A DNA stretch of 64,000 nucleotides from a virus: IMG/VR virus record IMGVR_UViG_3300045988_114464, positions 49,687 through 113,686 of that record; one strand, given 5' to 3'. Within the stretch, counting starts at the first letter, position 1. Each line of letters opens with the position of its first letter. The position numbers and the translations under genes were made by a program. The notes beneath the pieces were generated by a model. The model had not been told where the DNA came from, searched no databases, and worked only from the letters and a program-made list of their open reading frames with translations. Positions 9,100 through 17,685 of this stretch are shown in pieces.

Positions 9100-9276
9100 A
9101 TGGAGATTATTAAGACGTTGGCTGAATGTTTTGCCGTTCAGTGTTTCTTCTGGCTTATTGGCGGTACGGTTAATTATTTCCGTACTGGCAAGTTCTTTAT
9201 TGTACATTATAAGGCACAAAGGAATGATGAAAAATCTAAGGAGATTTATTCTAAAAGCTGGTGGGATAAAAGATAA
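9100..9276 (+). CDS. small hydrophobic protein encoded inside the intervening sequence (not endonuclease-like)
   Basis: RBS aaaaggag 8 nt before ATG 9100. 58 aa with the hydrophobic segment CFAVQCFFWLIGGTV. The stop lies 3 nt before the proposed 3' junction. Confidence 0.45.
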   Translation: MEIIKTLAECFAVQCFFWLIGGTVNYFRTGKFFIVHYKAQRNDEKSKEIYSKSWWDKR

Positions 9277-9285
9277 CTGTCGGAA

Positions 9286-12200
9286 ATGGTAGAAGGTGCG
9301 ACTGAGTTCCGCAAAAACTCTTTCAATGATGAAGATTCTGCGAACTTAGCGCAAGTTTCAGCTATGTTTCAAAACGTAGCGGATGAATCACTATCTGCTG
9401 GTGATTCTGCTTCGTTTATTATCGCACAAATGAAAGCGTTTGGCATTGAAGCTGACAATGCCATCCATATCGTAGACGCGGTGAACGCCGTTTCTAACAA
9501 TTTTGCGGTTTCATCTGGCGACCTCGCTACGAACCTTGGTAATATGTCTGCCGCACTTGCAGTAGGTAATAATACATTTGAGCAGTCTTTGGCAATGCTT
9601 ACGGGTATTACCGAAGTTACTCGTAATGCGTCTAAGGGTAGCCGTGCGTTGGTGTCCGTGCAGAGCCGTCTTAACCAAGTCGTTGATGAAAGTTCAAGCA
9701 CAGGTCAAAAATTAACTAATTGGTATAATGACCATAATATTGCGATTTATGACCAAGAAGGCGAATTAAGAAGTCTGTATGAAATCTTAGGTGACGTTTC
9801 TAAACAGTGGGACGGACTATCTAAGAATGAGCAGTCTTATTTTCTAAACATACAAGCGGGTGCAAATCAGTCTCAGAACCTTGCTTCACTTCTCTCAAAC
9901 TGGGATTCTGTAGTAAAGGCTCAAGATGTAGCACTTAATTCCGCAGGTTCAGCCGCAAAGGAAAATACGGCATATATGGACAGCCTTGAGTCCAAGGTTG
10001 CGGCTCTAAAGGCTTCTTTCCAAGAACTTGCTAACGCTGTAATTACCAAAGAAATGGTATCAGAAGTGTTGAATTTGGTCAACGCTTTTACTAAACTTGC
10101 TGATACTGGTGTAGGTAGAGCAATTATTAAATTTGCGCTATTCTCTACTACCATGAGAGCGGCTTCTGCTATTTTTGGCAATACGGCAAGAGTATTGCTT
10201 CAGATGTTCACAGGCATGAGCACTGGACAAAGAACCATTACTGAGTTGATGAATGCTGGCGGTAGAATTGGTTCGATATTCACCAATTTGATGGGTATTT
10301 TTAACGATGTTCGTATGTCTGCTTCTGGTATGGCTGGACCGATGACAGCTTCTTCCAGTGCGTTGTCAGGAATGGCTTCATCTGCACTTTCGGCTCTTAC
10401 TTCGCTAAATCCACTTGCGATTGGCATAGGTGCTGTTGTTGCCGCTGGCGCTGGGCTTGCAATAGCTATTAAACATTATGCTAATGAAGAAAAGAATCTT
10501 CAGAAGTCAGTAGACGAACATAAAAATTCTGTTAGTGATATTCAAAGTCAAATTGACGAATACAATTCGACCCTTGAATCTAACAAACAACGTCTTGAAG
10601 AAATCAATTCCTTAAAGGGTACTTCAAAGTGGAATGGCGAACTTGAAAATGAAGCAAACACGCTTGAACGCCAAAATACTCTTATCGAAAGACAGATTAC
10701 TCTACAAGAGCAAAAGCTAAAGGCAGAGCAAGCCGCACTTTGGCAAGAACAATCTAAGTTGTTTGATAAGCAGTATGGCGATAAAATGCGCTATACTACA
10801 AAGCAACAAAATCTTCGTGGTGAAGAAGTATCTGTTACTCTTACTGGCGAAAAAGCCTATAAACAAAAATTAACAGATTTACAAACAACTATCCATAAGT
10901 TTACACAAACACAAAATCTTGATTATAAAGAAGCCGCTACTGAAGCTGAAAGTTCGATTCTATCAATTATTTCTGAACTTGAAGAATATAAAGAAGCGGC
11001 TGTATCTGCTGGCGATACTACTAAAGCTGATTACATTCAATCTTTAATTGATTTGGCTGAAGCCAGTGATTCTGTAAGCGGTGGTACTATTGGTGATGCA
11101 CTTGACGGCGATTCAAAAGCAATGGAGAACGCCGCCGATAAAGCAGAACAATTACACGACCGTATAGTAAATCTTGCACAAGATTTGGGAACAACTGTTG
11201 CTCAACTTGGCATTAAAGCTAAAGACGCTTTTTCTACAGAAGAATGGTTGGAAAAACTTGACCCATCTTCTTTGAACAATCTTGAGCAAATACTAAATCT
11301 GATAGGCGACCGTGCGGGTTGGCTTGGCTCACAGCTTAGCAATATGTCAACAGAAGAAACCGTCACTTATCTATCAGAAGTTATGCGCCGATTTACTGGT
11401 GCTGTGCAAGACGCTACTGGCGCTTATGATGAATTTGACAAGGCTTTAGAAACAGATTTTGCAAAGCCTTTGCAACAAATGAATGAAATGGCTGACTACA
11501 TTGAGCAGTCAGATAAACATGGCATTCAGAATATGCAAGCGTATAACAAGGCTTTGGAAGGCGTATACGGTACAACTGATAAGAATATTATTGCGCTTCA
11601 AGACCAGAAAGCCGCTATGTCGGATTTCCGTACAACTACGGTTGAAACGGCTACTGCTCTTGATAATATGAAAGCCTACTATGATTCAGCGGGTAATTTC
11701 TTAGGCGATAAACTTCTTAAAAATATTGAGCAAATTTCCAAAAACAAGGACAAGTTTGGCGACCTTGTTAATTTTGAGAAATTTGATGACGGCACTTTCA
11801 AAGTAGCTGTTAAGGATTTTGGCGACCTTGCGGACGCTCTTGGTATAACTCAGCCAATGTTGAGCAGTTTTATGGAAGCCCTTGGTGGTTCTGTAGACTT
11901 CCAAATGGGGGACACCTTAAATGCCGCTCAAGCCGCTATTCAAGATATTCATGACGCTGTTTCTAATACAGATGCAGGTGGTATTTCAGACCTACTAAAT
12001 AAACTTGGTAGTGCTGACCCCACGAATATTAAGAATAGAGTGCAAGATTTACAAGCGCTTAATGATAAACTTAATGACCTTTCATCCTATACAAATGTAC
12101 CTTTTGATTTTGACTTTAGTAAATTAGAAGGTCAAGATTTTACTGATGCCGCAAAGCAAGTTGAAGGTTACGCAAATGCACTTAAAACCTTTACTACGGA

Positions 12201-15200
12201 TTCTGGTTCTTGGGATTTAAGTGGTACTATTGACAAGGTTAATAGTGCGCTTAAAGACGCAAGTAAAGGTACTAAAATCGAACTTGATGGTAATAACATT
12301 AAGTTTGAGTCGGAAGATGCAGTCAATGAACTAAAGAGCCAAATCGAAGATGCCTTTGATGGTATGGACTTTGAAGATATTGTCAAAACTGATGCGGGCA
12401 AGAGCATACTTGCTAATCTTTTTGACGGTATGGAAATTGACGCTGACCAAGCGGGCGATGTAGGTAAAGATTTCGCTGACGCAGTAACCGAAGCTATTCA
12501 AGACCAATTAAACACCACTCAAATCGCACTTAACGGTATTGGTGCTGAAGTCAAGGGCGAGTTAGGTTATCAAGTTGACGAAGGCATGAACGCTGTTCAA
12601 GAATCTGGTCAACGAACTGCTGATTGGTTCTCTAATAGCTTTGCGCCACAAGTACAGCAAGGTGTTCAGAGCGCTATGTCTGGTGCAGAACAATCCGCAC
12701 AAAATAGCGTAAGTGTTCTACAAGGCATATTCTCTAACATGAATATTGCTGACCCAATGCAACAAGTTCAGCAAGGTATTCAAAACGTCAACGGCGAAGT
12801 TAATAACTTTAGTGCTGGTAACATGACAAGTCAGCTTGGTGAAGTTGGCACTGCCGCAGGGCAAGCAGGAGATAAATCTGAAGAAGCTAAAACTAAGGCT
12901 CAACAACTGAGTCAAGTTTCTATGTCGAACTTTATCACTGGTATGGTGAATGGCGCAAGTTCGGCTTCTGCGCTATCTTCTATTGCTTCTACTGCTTATA
13001 ACAATGCTTCTAAGTTAAATACTACCTTTACTACCGTATTTAAGGCTGATACTTCTCAGTGGAAAGTTCCTTCTCTTCCTACGGGAGTAAAGAAGGCTGT
13101 GGGTCAAATTCCAGCTTATGCCAACGGTAAAATGGATGACCTTTCTGGCACTCAACCAATGCGTTCTCAATCCTCTAAGATTGCGCTCGTTGGTGAGGAA
13201 GGCGCAGAGTTCCGTATTACTGCTGATGGCAGAAAAGAACTTCTTGGTAAGAATGGTGCAGAATTTGTCAAGGTAAATAAGGGTGATACCATTATTCCTG
13301 CGAATGTTACTGATATGATTCGCAAGGGACAACTTCAAGGGTATGAAGCGGGCAAATTTGGTGGTAGAACTTCTGTTTCTGGTTCTGGTGTAAGCAATGG
13401 CAATCATACTATTCATGTTGGCAAAACCGAAAGTCGATATGTTGGTGCGACCAGTAGTAGCACTAAGGCTACTCATGCTAATACTAAGGCGACTAATGCC
13501 AATACTTCTGCTAAGTCTGCTAACGCTTCTGCAAGTTCCAAAGCCGCTGAAGCAACAGACGAACTAACAGACGCACAGAAAAAGCAGAAAGAAGCCTTTG
13601 AAGAAGCTAACGATGTAACCGAACACCATATTTTCTTGCGTGAAAAACAAGGCGCTTCTTACGCTGAACTCATTAAGATGAGTAAGGCTTATCAGAAGCA
13701 ACTTAATAAGCAAGCAAATTGGTGGAGAAGCCAAGGGTTTAACGATGATTCTGAAGAAATCCGCAAAATCCAAAAGGATTGGTGGGGACTTCAAGATGAC
13801 ATAACTTCCTATCAAGAAAAGGCTTTTGACGAACGCTATCAGAAATCCAAAGATTACATTGATGACCGTAATGACCTTGAAGATTGGGGTGCTGACTCCG
13901 AAATTGAAGCATGGCATCGTGTTGAAAAGTGGATGGATGAATGGTATGCTCGTGGCGAGATTAGCTACAAGTATTACCTTGAAAAGCGTAAAGAAGCCAC
14001 AAAAAAAGCCGCCGAAGCTGAAAAGAAGGCTTGGGAAGAAGCTAAAAAGTCTCAGATTAAAGAACTTGAAGATTGGCAAGACGTTTACGAAGATTTGTTT
14101 GACCTTGTAGCTGACAAGGCTCAAGAAGAAATCGACAAACTGAACGAACAACGCGATACCGTTGAAAAATATTGGGACGATAAAATTGACGCGCTTGAAA
14201 AGGCGAACGATGAACTTGACGACCAGATTGAAAAGGAAGAAGCACTTGACGCTTTGGCTCGTGCTCGTTCCACTAAAGTCATGGTTTATCAGAATGGTCG
14301 ATTCCAATATATCAACGATATGGACGAAGTTTCTGAAGCTAAGACTAACCTTGAAAAGATTGAGCGCGAACAAGCACTCAAGAAAGAAAAGGAAAATCTT
14401 GAAAAGCAGAAAGAAGCGGCTCTAAAGGCTATTGACGACCAGATTGACGCATGGGAAAAATACAAAGACGAGTGGGGCAAGGTTGTTTCTGATTACGAAA
14501 AGAAGCAGAAGGAACTTAATGTTCTACAGAAACTTGGTATTGACCTTGAAGCAGATAACTGGAAAGAGCGCCTTGGTAATCTACAAGATTACGTTAATAA
14601 GTATGCCGAAATTATGGGGCAACTTACCAAACTTAAAAAAGAAGAAGAATTGGGTAAAGACCTGCCTTCCTATGACTCTAACAAGGGTACTGCTGGCGCG
14701 GGTGCTGGTGCAATTATTGGTACTGGTGCAGGTATTGCCGCTGGTGGTGCTATTGGTGGCGCTGTCGGTGGTGCTATTGGCACGGTCATTGGCGCTGTAA
14801 CCGGTGGTCTTGGGCTTAATAAAGGTAGTTCTTCTTCTGGTGGTTCAAGTTCTTCTGGAAAAACTTACCAATCTGTTGGTGGTAAAGCACCTTCTGGCTT
14901 AAAAGCTGGTGACAAGGTAGTTACTAATGGTGGTACTTACACTATCACTGGTGTTAATAAGGACGGTTCTTATACTTCTCAGAAAACTTCTAACACTACA
15001 AAGTCCAATTATAAAGGCACTTATTCAAAGAAGGCTTCTGGCACTAAATATAATGCGGCAGGTATTTCGCTCGTTGGCGAAGAAGGCGCAGAATTGCGCG
15101 TACTTGGTCAAGGTGAAGGTATTGTTCCTCATGATATGACAGCTAACCTGTTTGAATGGGGACAAACCAGACCGAGCGATATTGTATCTGCTATCACAGG

Positions 15201-15354
15201 CGCACAAACTGAAAATTCTGGTGTGACGATTTGCATAGAAAACTTCAATCCTTCTCTACCCAATGTTGTGGATGGTGAAGGTTTTGCTAATTATCTCAAG
15301 AATAATTTCTGGCGTAATGTTGTACAATATAAGACGACTATGGGGAGGGCGTGA
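9286..15354 (+). CDS. tail tape measure protein, main segment (coding probably starts at 9280 after splicing)
   Basis: 2022 aa. Long coiled-coil stretches, Gly-zipper membrane-like segment AGAGAGAIIGTGAGIAAGGAIGG, typical LVGEEGAE motif. No RBS before ATG 9286. Confidence 0.9.
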   Translation: MVEGATEFRKNSFNDEDSANLAQVSAMFQNVADESLSAGDSASFIIAQMKAFGIEADNAIHIVDAVNAVSNNFAVSSGDLATNLGNMSAALAVGNNTFEQSLAMLTGITEVTRNASKGSRALVSVQSRLNQVVDESSSTGQKLTNWYNDHNIAIYDQEGELRSLYEILGDVSKQWDGLSKNEQSYFLNIQAGANQSQNLASLLSNWDSVVKAQDVALNSAGSAAKENTAYMDSLESKVAALKASFQELANAVITKEMVSEVLNLVNAFTKLADTGVGRAIIKFALFSTTMRAASAIFGNTARVLLQMFTGMSTGQRTITELMNAGGRIGSIFTNLMGIFNDVRMSASGMAGPMTASSSALSGMASSALSALTSLNPLAIGIGAVVAAGAGLAIAIKHYANEEKNLQKSVDEHKNSVSDIQSQIDEYNSTLESNKQRLEEINSLKGTSKWNGELENEANTLERQNTLIERQITLQEQKLKAEQAALWQEQSKLFDKQYGDKMRYTTKQQNLRGEEVSVTLTGEKAYKQKLTDLQTTIHKFTQTQNLDYKEAATEAESSILSIISELEEYKEAAVSAGDTTKADYIQSLIDLAEASDSVSGGTIGDALDGDSKAMENAADKAEQLHDRIVNLAQDLGTTVAQLGIKAKDAFSTEEWLEKLDPSSLNNLEQILNLIGDRAGWLGSQLSNMSTEETVTYLSEVMRRFTGAVQDATGAYDEFDKALETDFAKPLQQMNEMADYIEQSDKHGIQNMQAYNKALEGVYGTTDKNIIALQDQKAAMSDFRTTTVETATALDNMKAYYDSAGNFLGDKLLKNIEQISKNKDKFGDLVNFEKFDDGTFKVAVKDFGDLADALGITQPMLSSFMEALGGSVDFQMGDTLNAAQAAIQDIHDAVSNTDAGGISDLLNKLGSADPTNIKNRVQDLQALNDKLNDLSSYTNVPFDFDFSKLEGQDFTDAAKQVEGYANALKTFTTDSGSWDLSGTIDKVNSALKDASKGTKIELDGNNIKFESEDAVNELKSQIEDAFDGMDFEDIVKTDAGKSILANLFDGMEIDADQAGDVGKDFADAVTEAIQDQLNTTQIALNGIGAEVKGELGYQVDEGMNAVQESGQRTADWFSNSFAPQVQQGVQSAMSGAEQSAQNSVSVLQGIFSNMNIADPMQQVQQGIQNVNGEVNNFSAGNMTSQLGEVGTAAGQAGDKSEEAKTKAQQLSQVSMSNFITGMVNGASSASALSSIASTAYNNASKLNTTFTTVFKADTSQWKVPSLPTGVKKAVGQIPAYANGKMDDLSGTQPMRSQSSKIALVGEEGAEFRITADGRKELLGKNGAEFVKVNKGDTIIPANVTDMIRKGQLQGYEAGKFGGRTSVSGSGVSNGNHTIHVGKTESRYVGATSSSTKATHANTKATNANTSAKSANASASSKAAEATDELTDAQKKQKEAFEEANDVTEHHIFLREKQGASYAELIKMSKAYQKQLNKQANWWRSQGFNDDSEEIRKIQKDWWGLQDDITSYQEKAFDERYQKSKDYIDDRNDLEDWGADSEIEAWHRVEKWMDEWYARGEISYKYYLEKRKEATKKAAEAEKKAWEEAKKSQIKELEDWQDVYEDLFDLVADKAQEEIDKLNEQRDTVEKYWDDKIDALEKANDELDDQIEKEEALDALARARSTKVMVYQNGRFQYINDMDEVSEAKTNLEKIEREQALKKEKENLEKQKEAALKAIDDQIDAWEKYKDEWGKVVSDYEKKQKELNVLQKLGIDLEADNWKERLGNLQDYVNKYAEIMGQLTKLKKEEELGKDLPSYDSNKGTAGAGAGAIIGTGAGIAAGGAIGGAVGGAIGTVIGAVTGGLGLNKGSSSSGGSSSSGKTYQSVGGKAPSGLKAGDKVVTNGGTYTITGVNKDGSYTSQKTSNTTKSNYKGTYSKKASGTKYNAAGISLVGEEGAELRVLGQGEGIVPHDMTANLFEWGQTRPSDIVSAITGAQTENSGVTICIENFNPSLPNVVDGEGFANYLKNNFWRNVVQYKTTMGRA

Positions 15355-15376
15355 GCGTAATGCTCACCCCTCTTTT
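15344..15376 (+). terminator. rho-independent terminator overlapping the tape measure stop codon
   Basis: Stem gagggcgtgagc/gctcacccctc (one bulge) followed by TTTT. Confidence 0.6.
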
Positions 15377-15390
15377 ATTAGGAGGACATT

Positions 15391-15642
15391 ATGGACGAAA
15401 TGAACCAAGAAGCTGTACAAGCTATGCTTGAGGGCTTTAATTTGTTGCTTAAAGAAGCAATTAGTAATACTACGAAAATTTATGATGGCTTTGTCATTGG
15501 ACAGAATGGAACTAATTGGAATGTAAGATATAATGGACAAGTTCATTCTATCAAACAGTATGGCGACAATCCAGTAAAAGCTGGAAAAATCGTTAAAGTG
15601 TTTATTCCCCAAGGCAACGCCAATTTAACATTTTTTATGTAA
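15391..15642 (+). CDS. hypothetical protein
   Basis: 83-aa ORF; RBS taggagg. Confidence 0.55.
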   Translation: MDEMNQEAVQAMLEGFNLLLKEAISNTTKIYDGFVIGQNGTNWNVRYNGQVHSIKQYGDNPVKAGKIVKVFIPQGNANLTFFM

Positions 15643-15648
15643 GGAGGT

Positions 15649-16749
15649 ATGGCAATGGCTTTACCAAGACCAGTGTTAAATACACAGGTTGCGTTTGACG
15701 CTACACAGGCTCATACCTTTACGTTTACTGTATATGGGTCTGGTGCTCAAGTTACAGCAAACAAGCTAACCATTAGAAAACAGACTGATAATTCGATTGT
15801 TTATCAACAGCAACAAACTACATTTAAGTTTGAACATACGTTACCTGCTGGTTCTCTAACCAATGGTAACTATTATAATGCAACTATTATCGTGATTGAT
15901 GGCAACGGAGTAGAATCAGCAGAATCTATTCCTATTCAATTTTGGTGCTATTCTGCTCCAAGTATTGTAATGACGAATTTTCCTGTTACTGCAATTATTG
16001 ATAATGCTTCATTCAACTTTGAGTTTAGTTATAATCAAGCTGAAGGAGAAAGATTAAATAGCTATGTAGTTAATTTGTATGATAGTACAAAGACGTTAAT
16101 TTCCACTTCTGGTACAGTGTATGTAGAAGATGGTATACCGCCATATGATGGTGGTTATTTGTTTAACGGCTTTGAGAATACAACCGAATACTTTATTGAA
16201 ATTGTTGGTCTAACAATCAATGGAACTACAGTAACGACAGGACAAGTACGGTTTAATACACGATATATTAACCCAAGTATTTATTCACAGATAGAACTTG
16301 AAAACCATTGCAAAGATGGTTATATTACTGTTACTTCTAATATGATTTTGATTGAGGGTGTAAGTCAGCCCGACCCACCGACATATATAAATAATAAAGA
16401 AGTGGATTTACGCCAAAATAACAGTTATGTTGAATGGAATCAAGGTTACAATATTTCCAGCGATTTTACGACAAAATTATGGTTTAGGGGCGCAAATCCA
16501 AATTCAACTTTAATTCGCTTTAGCAATACTAATGGTCAAACGGTTGCAGTAGATTATCGAGAAGGATATAAAGACCAAACCGCTCAAGATAAGCAAGCGT
16601 ATATGGAAGTATATGTTGAATCTATCAGTGGAATGAAGTATTATATCTTTAGTGATTATCTTGATATTCTGCCAGACAGTTCATATTATTGTTTTTGGCT
16701 AAGACGAATTAACAATATTTATCAAACACATTTTGCGATTGTAGAATAA
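15649..16749 (+). CDS. tail/baseplate structural protein (distal-tail position after the tape measure)
   Basis: 366-aa ORF; RBS aaggagg. Assigned from gene order only. Confidence 0.45.
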   Translation: MAMALPRPVLNTQVAFDATQAHTFTFTVYGSGAQVTANKLTIRKQTDNSIVYQQQQTTFKFEHTLPAGSLTNGNYYNATIIVIDGNGVESAESIPIQFWCYSAPSIVMTNFPVTAIIDNASFNFEFSYNQAEGERLNSYVVNLYDSTKTLISTSGTVYVEDGIPPYDGGYLFNGFENTTEYFIEIVGLTINGTTVTTGQVRFNTRYINPSIYSQIELENHCKDGYITVTSNMILIEGVSQPDPPTYINNKEVDLRQNNSYVEWNQGYNISSDFTTKLWFRGANPNSTLIRFSNTNGQTVAVDYREGYKDQTAQDKQAYMEVYVESISGMKYYIFSDYLDILPDSSYYCFWLRRINNIYQTHFAIVE

Positions 16750-16764
16750 GAAAGGGGTGGATTT

Positions 16765-17673
16765 ATGTTTCAGTTTATAGGACTAAGTGCGTTTGCAGGT
16801 CAAGATTGCTTAAATCCAACTCCTGCACAAGTTAATGATATTAAGACAACAAGAGTAACAAATGCTATTTTTGACCAATTCAGTGTAACGAAGAATGTAT
16901 CTGAACCATTTAATGTTTCACTTCCCACTATTTGGGACTATGATACTATTATGGACGCTACATTTGACGGCAACATTGAAGCTGGCAATGTAGAGTTTGC
17001 TTTGAATCAGATTACTGAAGTCAAAATTAAGCGCCGTGTCCGTGGCACGTTTGATTGGCTGACGCTAAAATCTGTTCCTATTCACTCTGTATCTGACCTA
17101 TCTTTTGCTTTTGAAGATAGAACAAATACGCATGGTGTAGAATATGAATATGCTTTTGTTCCAGTGTTAAATAATGCTGAAGGTGACTATATCATTAACA
17201 GTATTATGTCCGACCTTGAAGGTGTATTTATTGGTGACGCTGATACTTGCTACCGATTCTTGTATGATGTGCAATATGGGACGAATGCACGCAAAGTAAA
17301 TGTTGGTACATTCCAACCATTAGGTAGAAAATATCCTATCGTTATTTCTAATGGTTTGTTAAGTTATGATACAGGTTCTATTTCTGGTATTGTTCTTGAC
17401 GATGAATTTGAAAACACTGGTATTATAGATAGCGCAAAAACCAATGAAAAGAAGCGTAAACTCAAAGATTTTCTTGCTGATAAAAAACCAAAGATTTTAC
17501 GCGATTGGACTGGCGCTAAGTGGTTGGTAGCTATTACCGATGATATTCAGATTTCTTATGCTGAATCTTCTGGTTTGCGCGTACCTTCTATGACTATTAC
17601 ATGGACGGAGATTGGTAATGCTGATGACCAAAATGATTTGTACTACAATGGTATTATTGACGCGCCATCATAA
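16765..17673 (+). CDS. tail/baseplate structural protein
   Basis: 302-aa ORF; RBS aaagggg. Assigned from gene order only. Confidence 0.45.
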   Translation: MFQFIGLSAFAGQDCLNPTPAQVNDIKTTRVTNAIFDQFSVTKNVSEPFNVSLPTIWDYDTIMDATFDGNIEAGNVEFALNQITEVKIKRRVRGTFDWLTLKSVPIHSVSDLSFAFEDRTNTHGVEYEYAFVPVLNNAEGDYIINSIMSDLEGVFIGDADTCYRFLYDVQYGTNARKVNVGTFQPLGRKYPIVISNGLLSYDTGSISGIVLDDEFENTGIIDSAKTNEKKRKLKDFLADKKPKILRDWTGAKWLVAITDDIQISYAESSGLRVPSMTITWTEIGNADDQNDLYYNGIIDAPS

Positions 17674-17685
17674 GGAGGAAGAAAT

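Larger units (their letters stand above)
8696..9279 (+). mobile_element. candidate group I-like intervening sequence in the tape measure gene
   Basis: The 5' part resembles the 3730-5031 intron (ACCaGAGTGT, TGAAAGCCTAAGAGCC...ACCACAACA). Begins with a stop codon and ends in G at 9279. The length keeps the reading frame. Confidence 0.5.

Noticed and set aside
13564-14373. 269-aa ORF on the - strand inside the tape measure gene.
   Set aside because: It is antisense to a Lys/Glu-rich coiled-coil coding region, has low-complexity Phe/Leu/Lys composition and no RBS. I read it as an artefact of the sense-strand codon pattern.
14690-14870. Repetitive GGT/GCT-rich stretch that looks like a simple-sequence repeat array.
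   Set aside because: It is in frame within the tape measure protein and encodes a Gly/Ala zipper and a Ser/Gly linker. It is a coding low-complexity region, not a CRISPR or satellite array.
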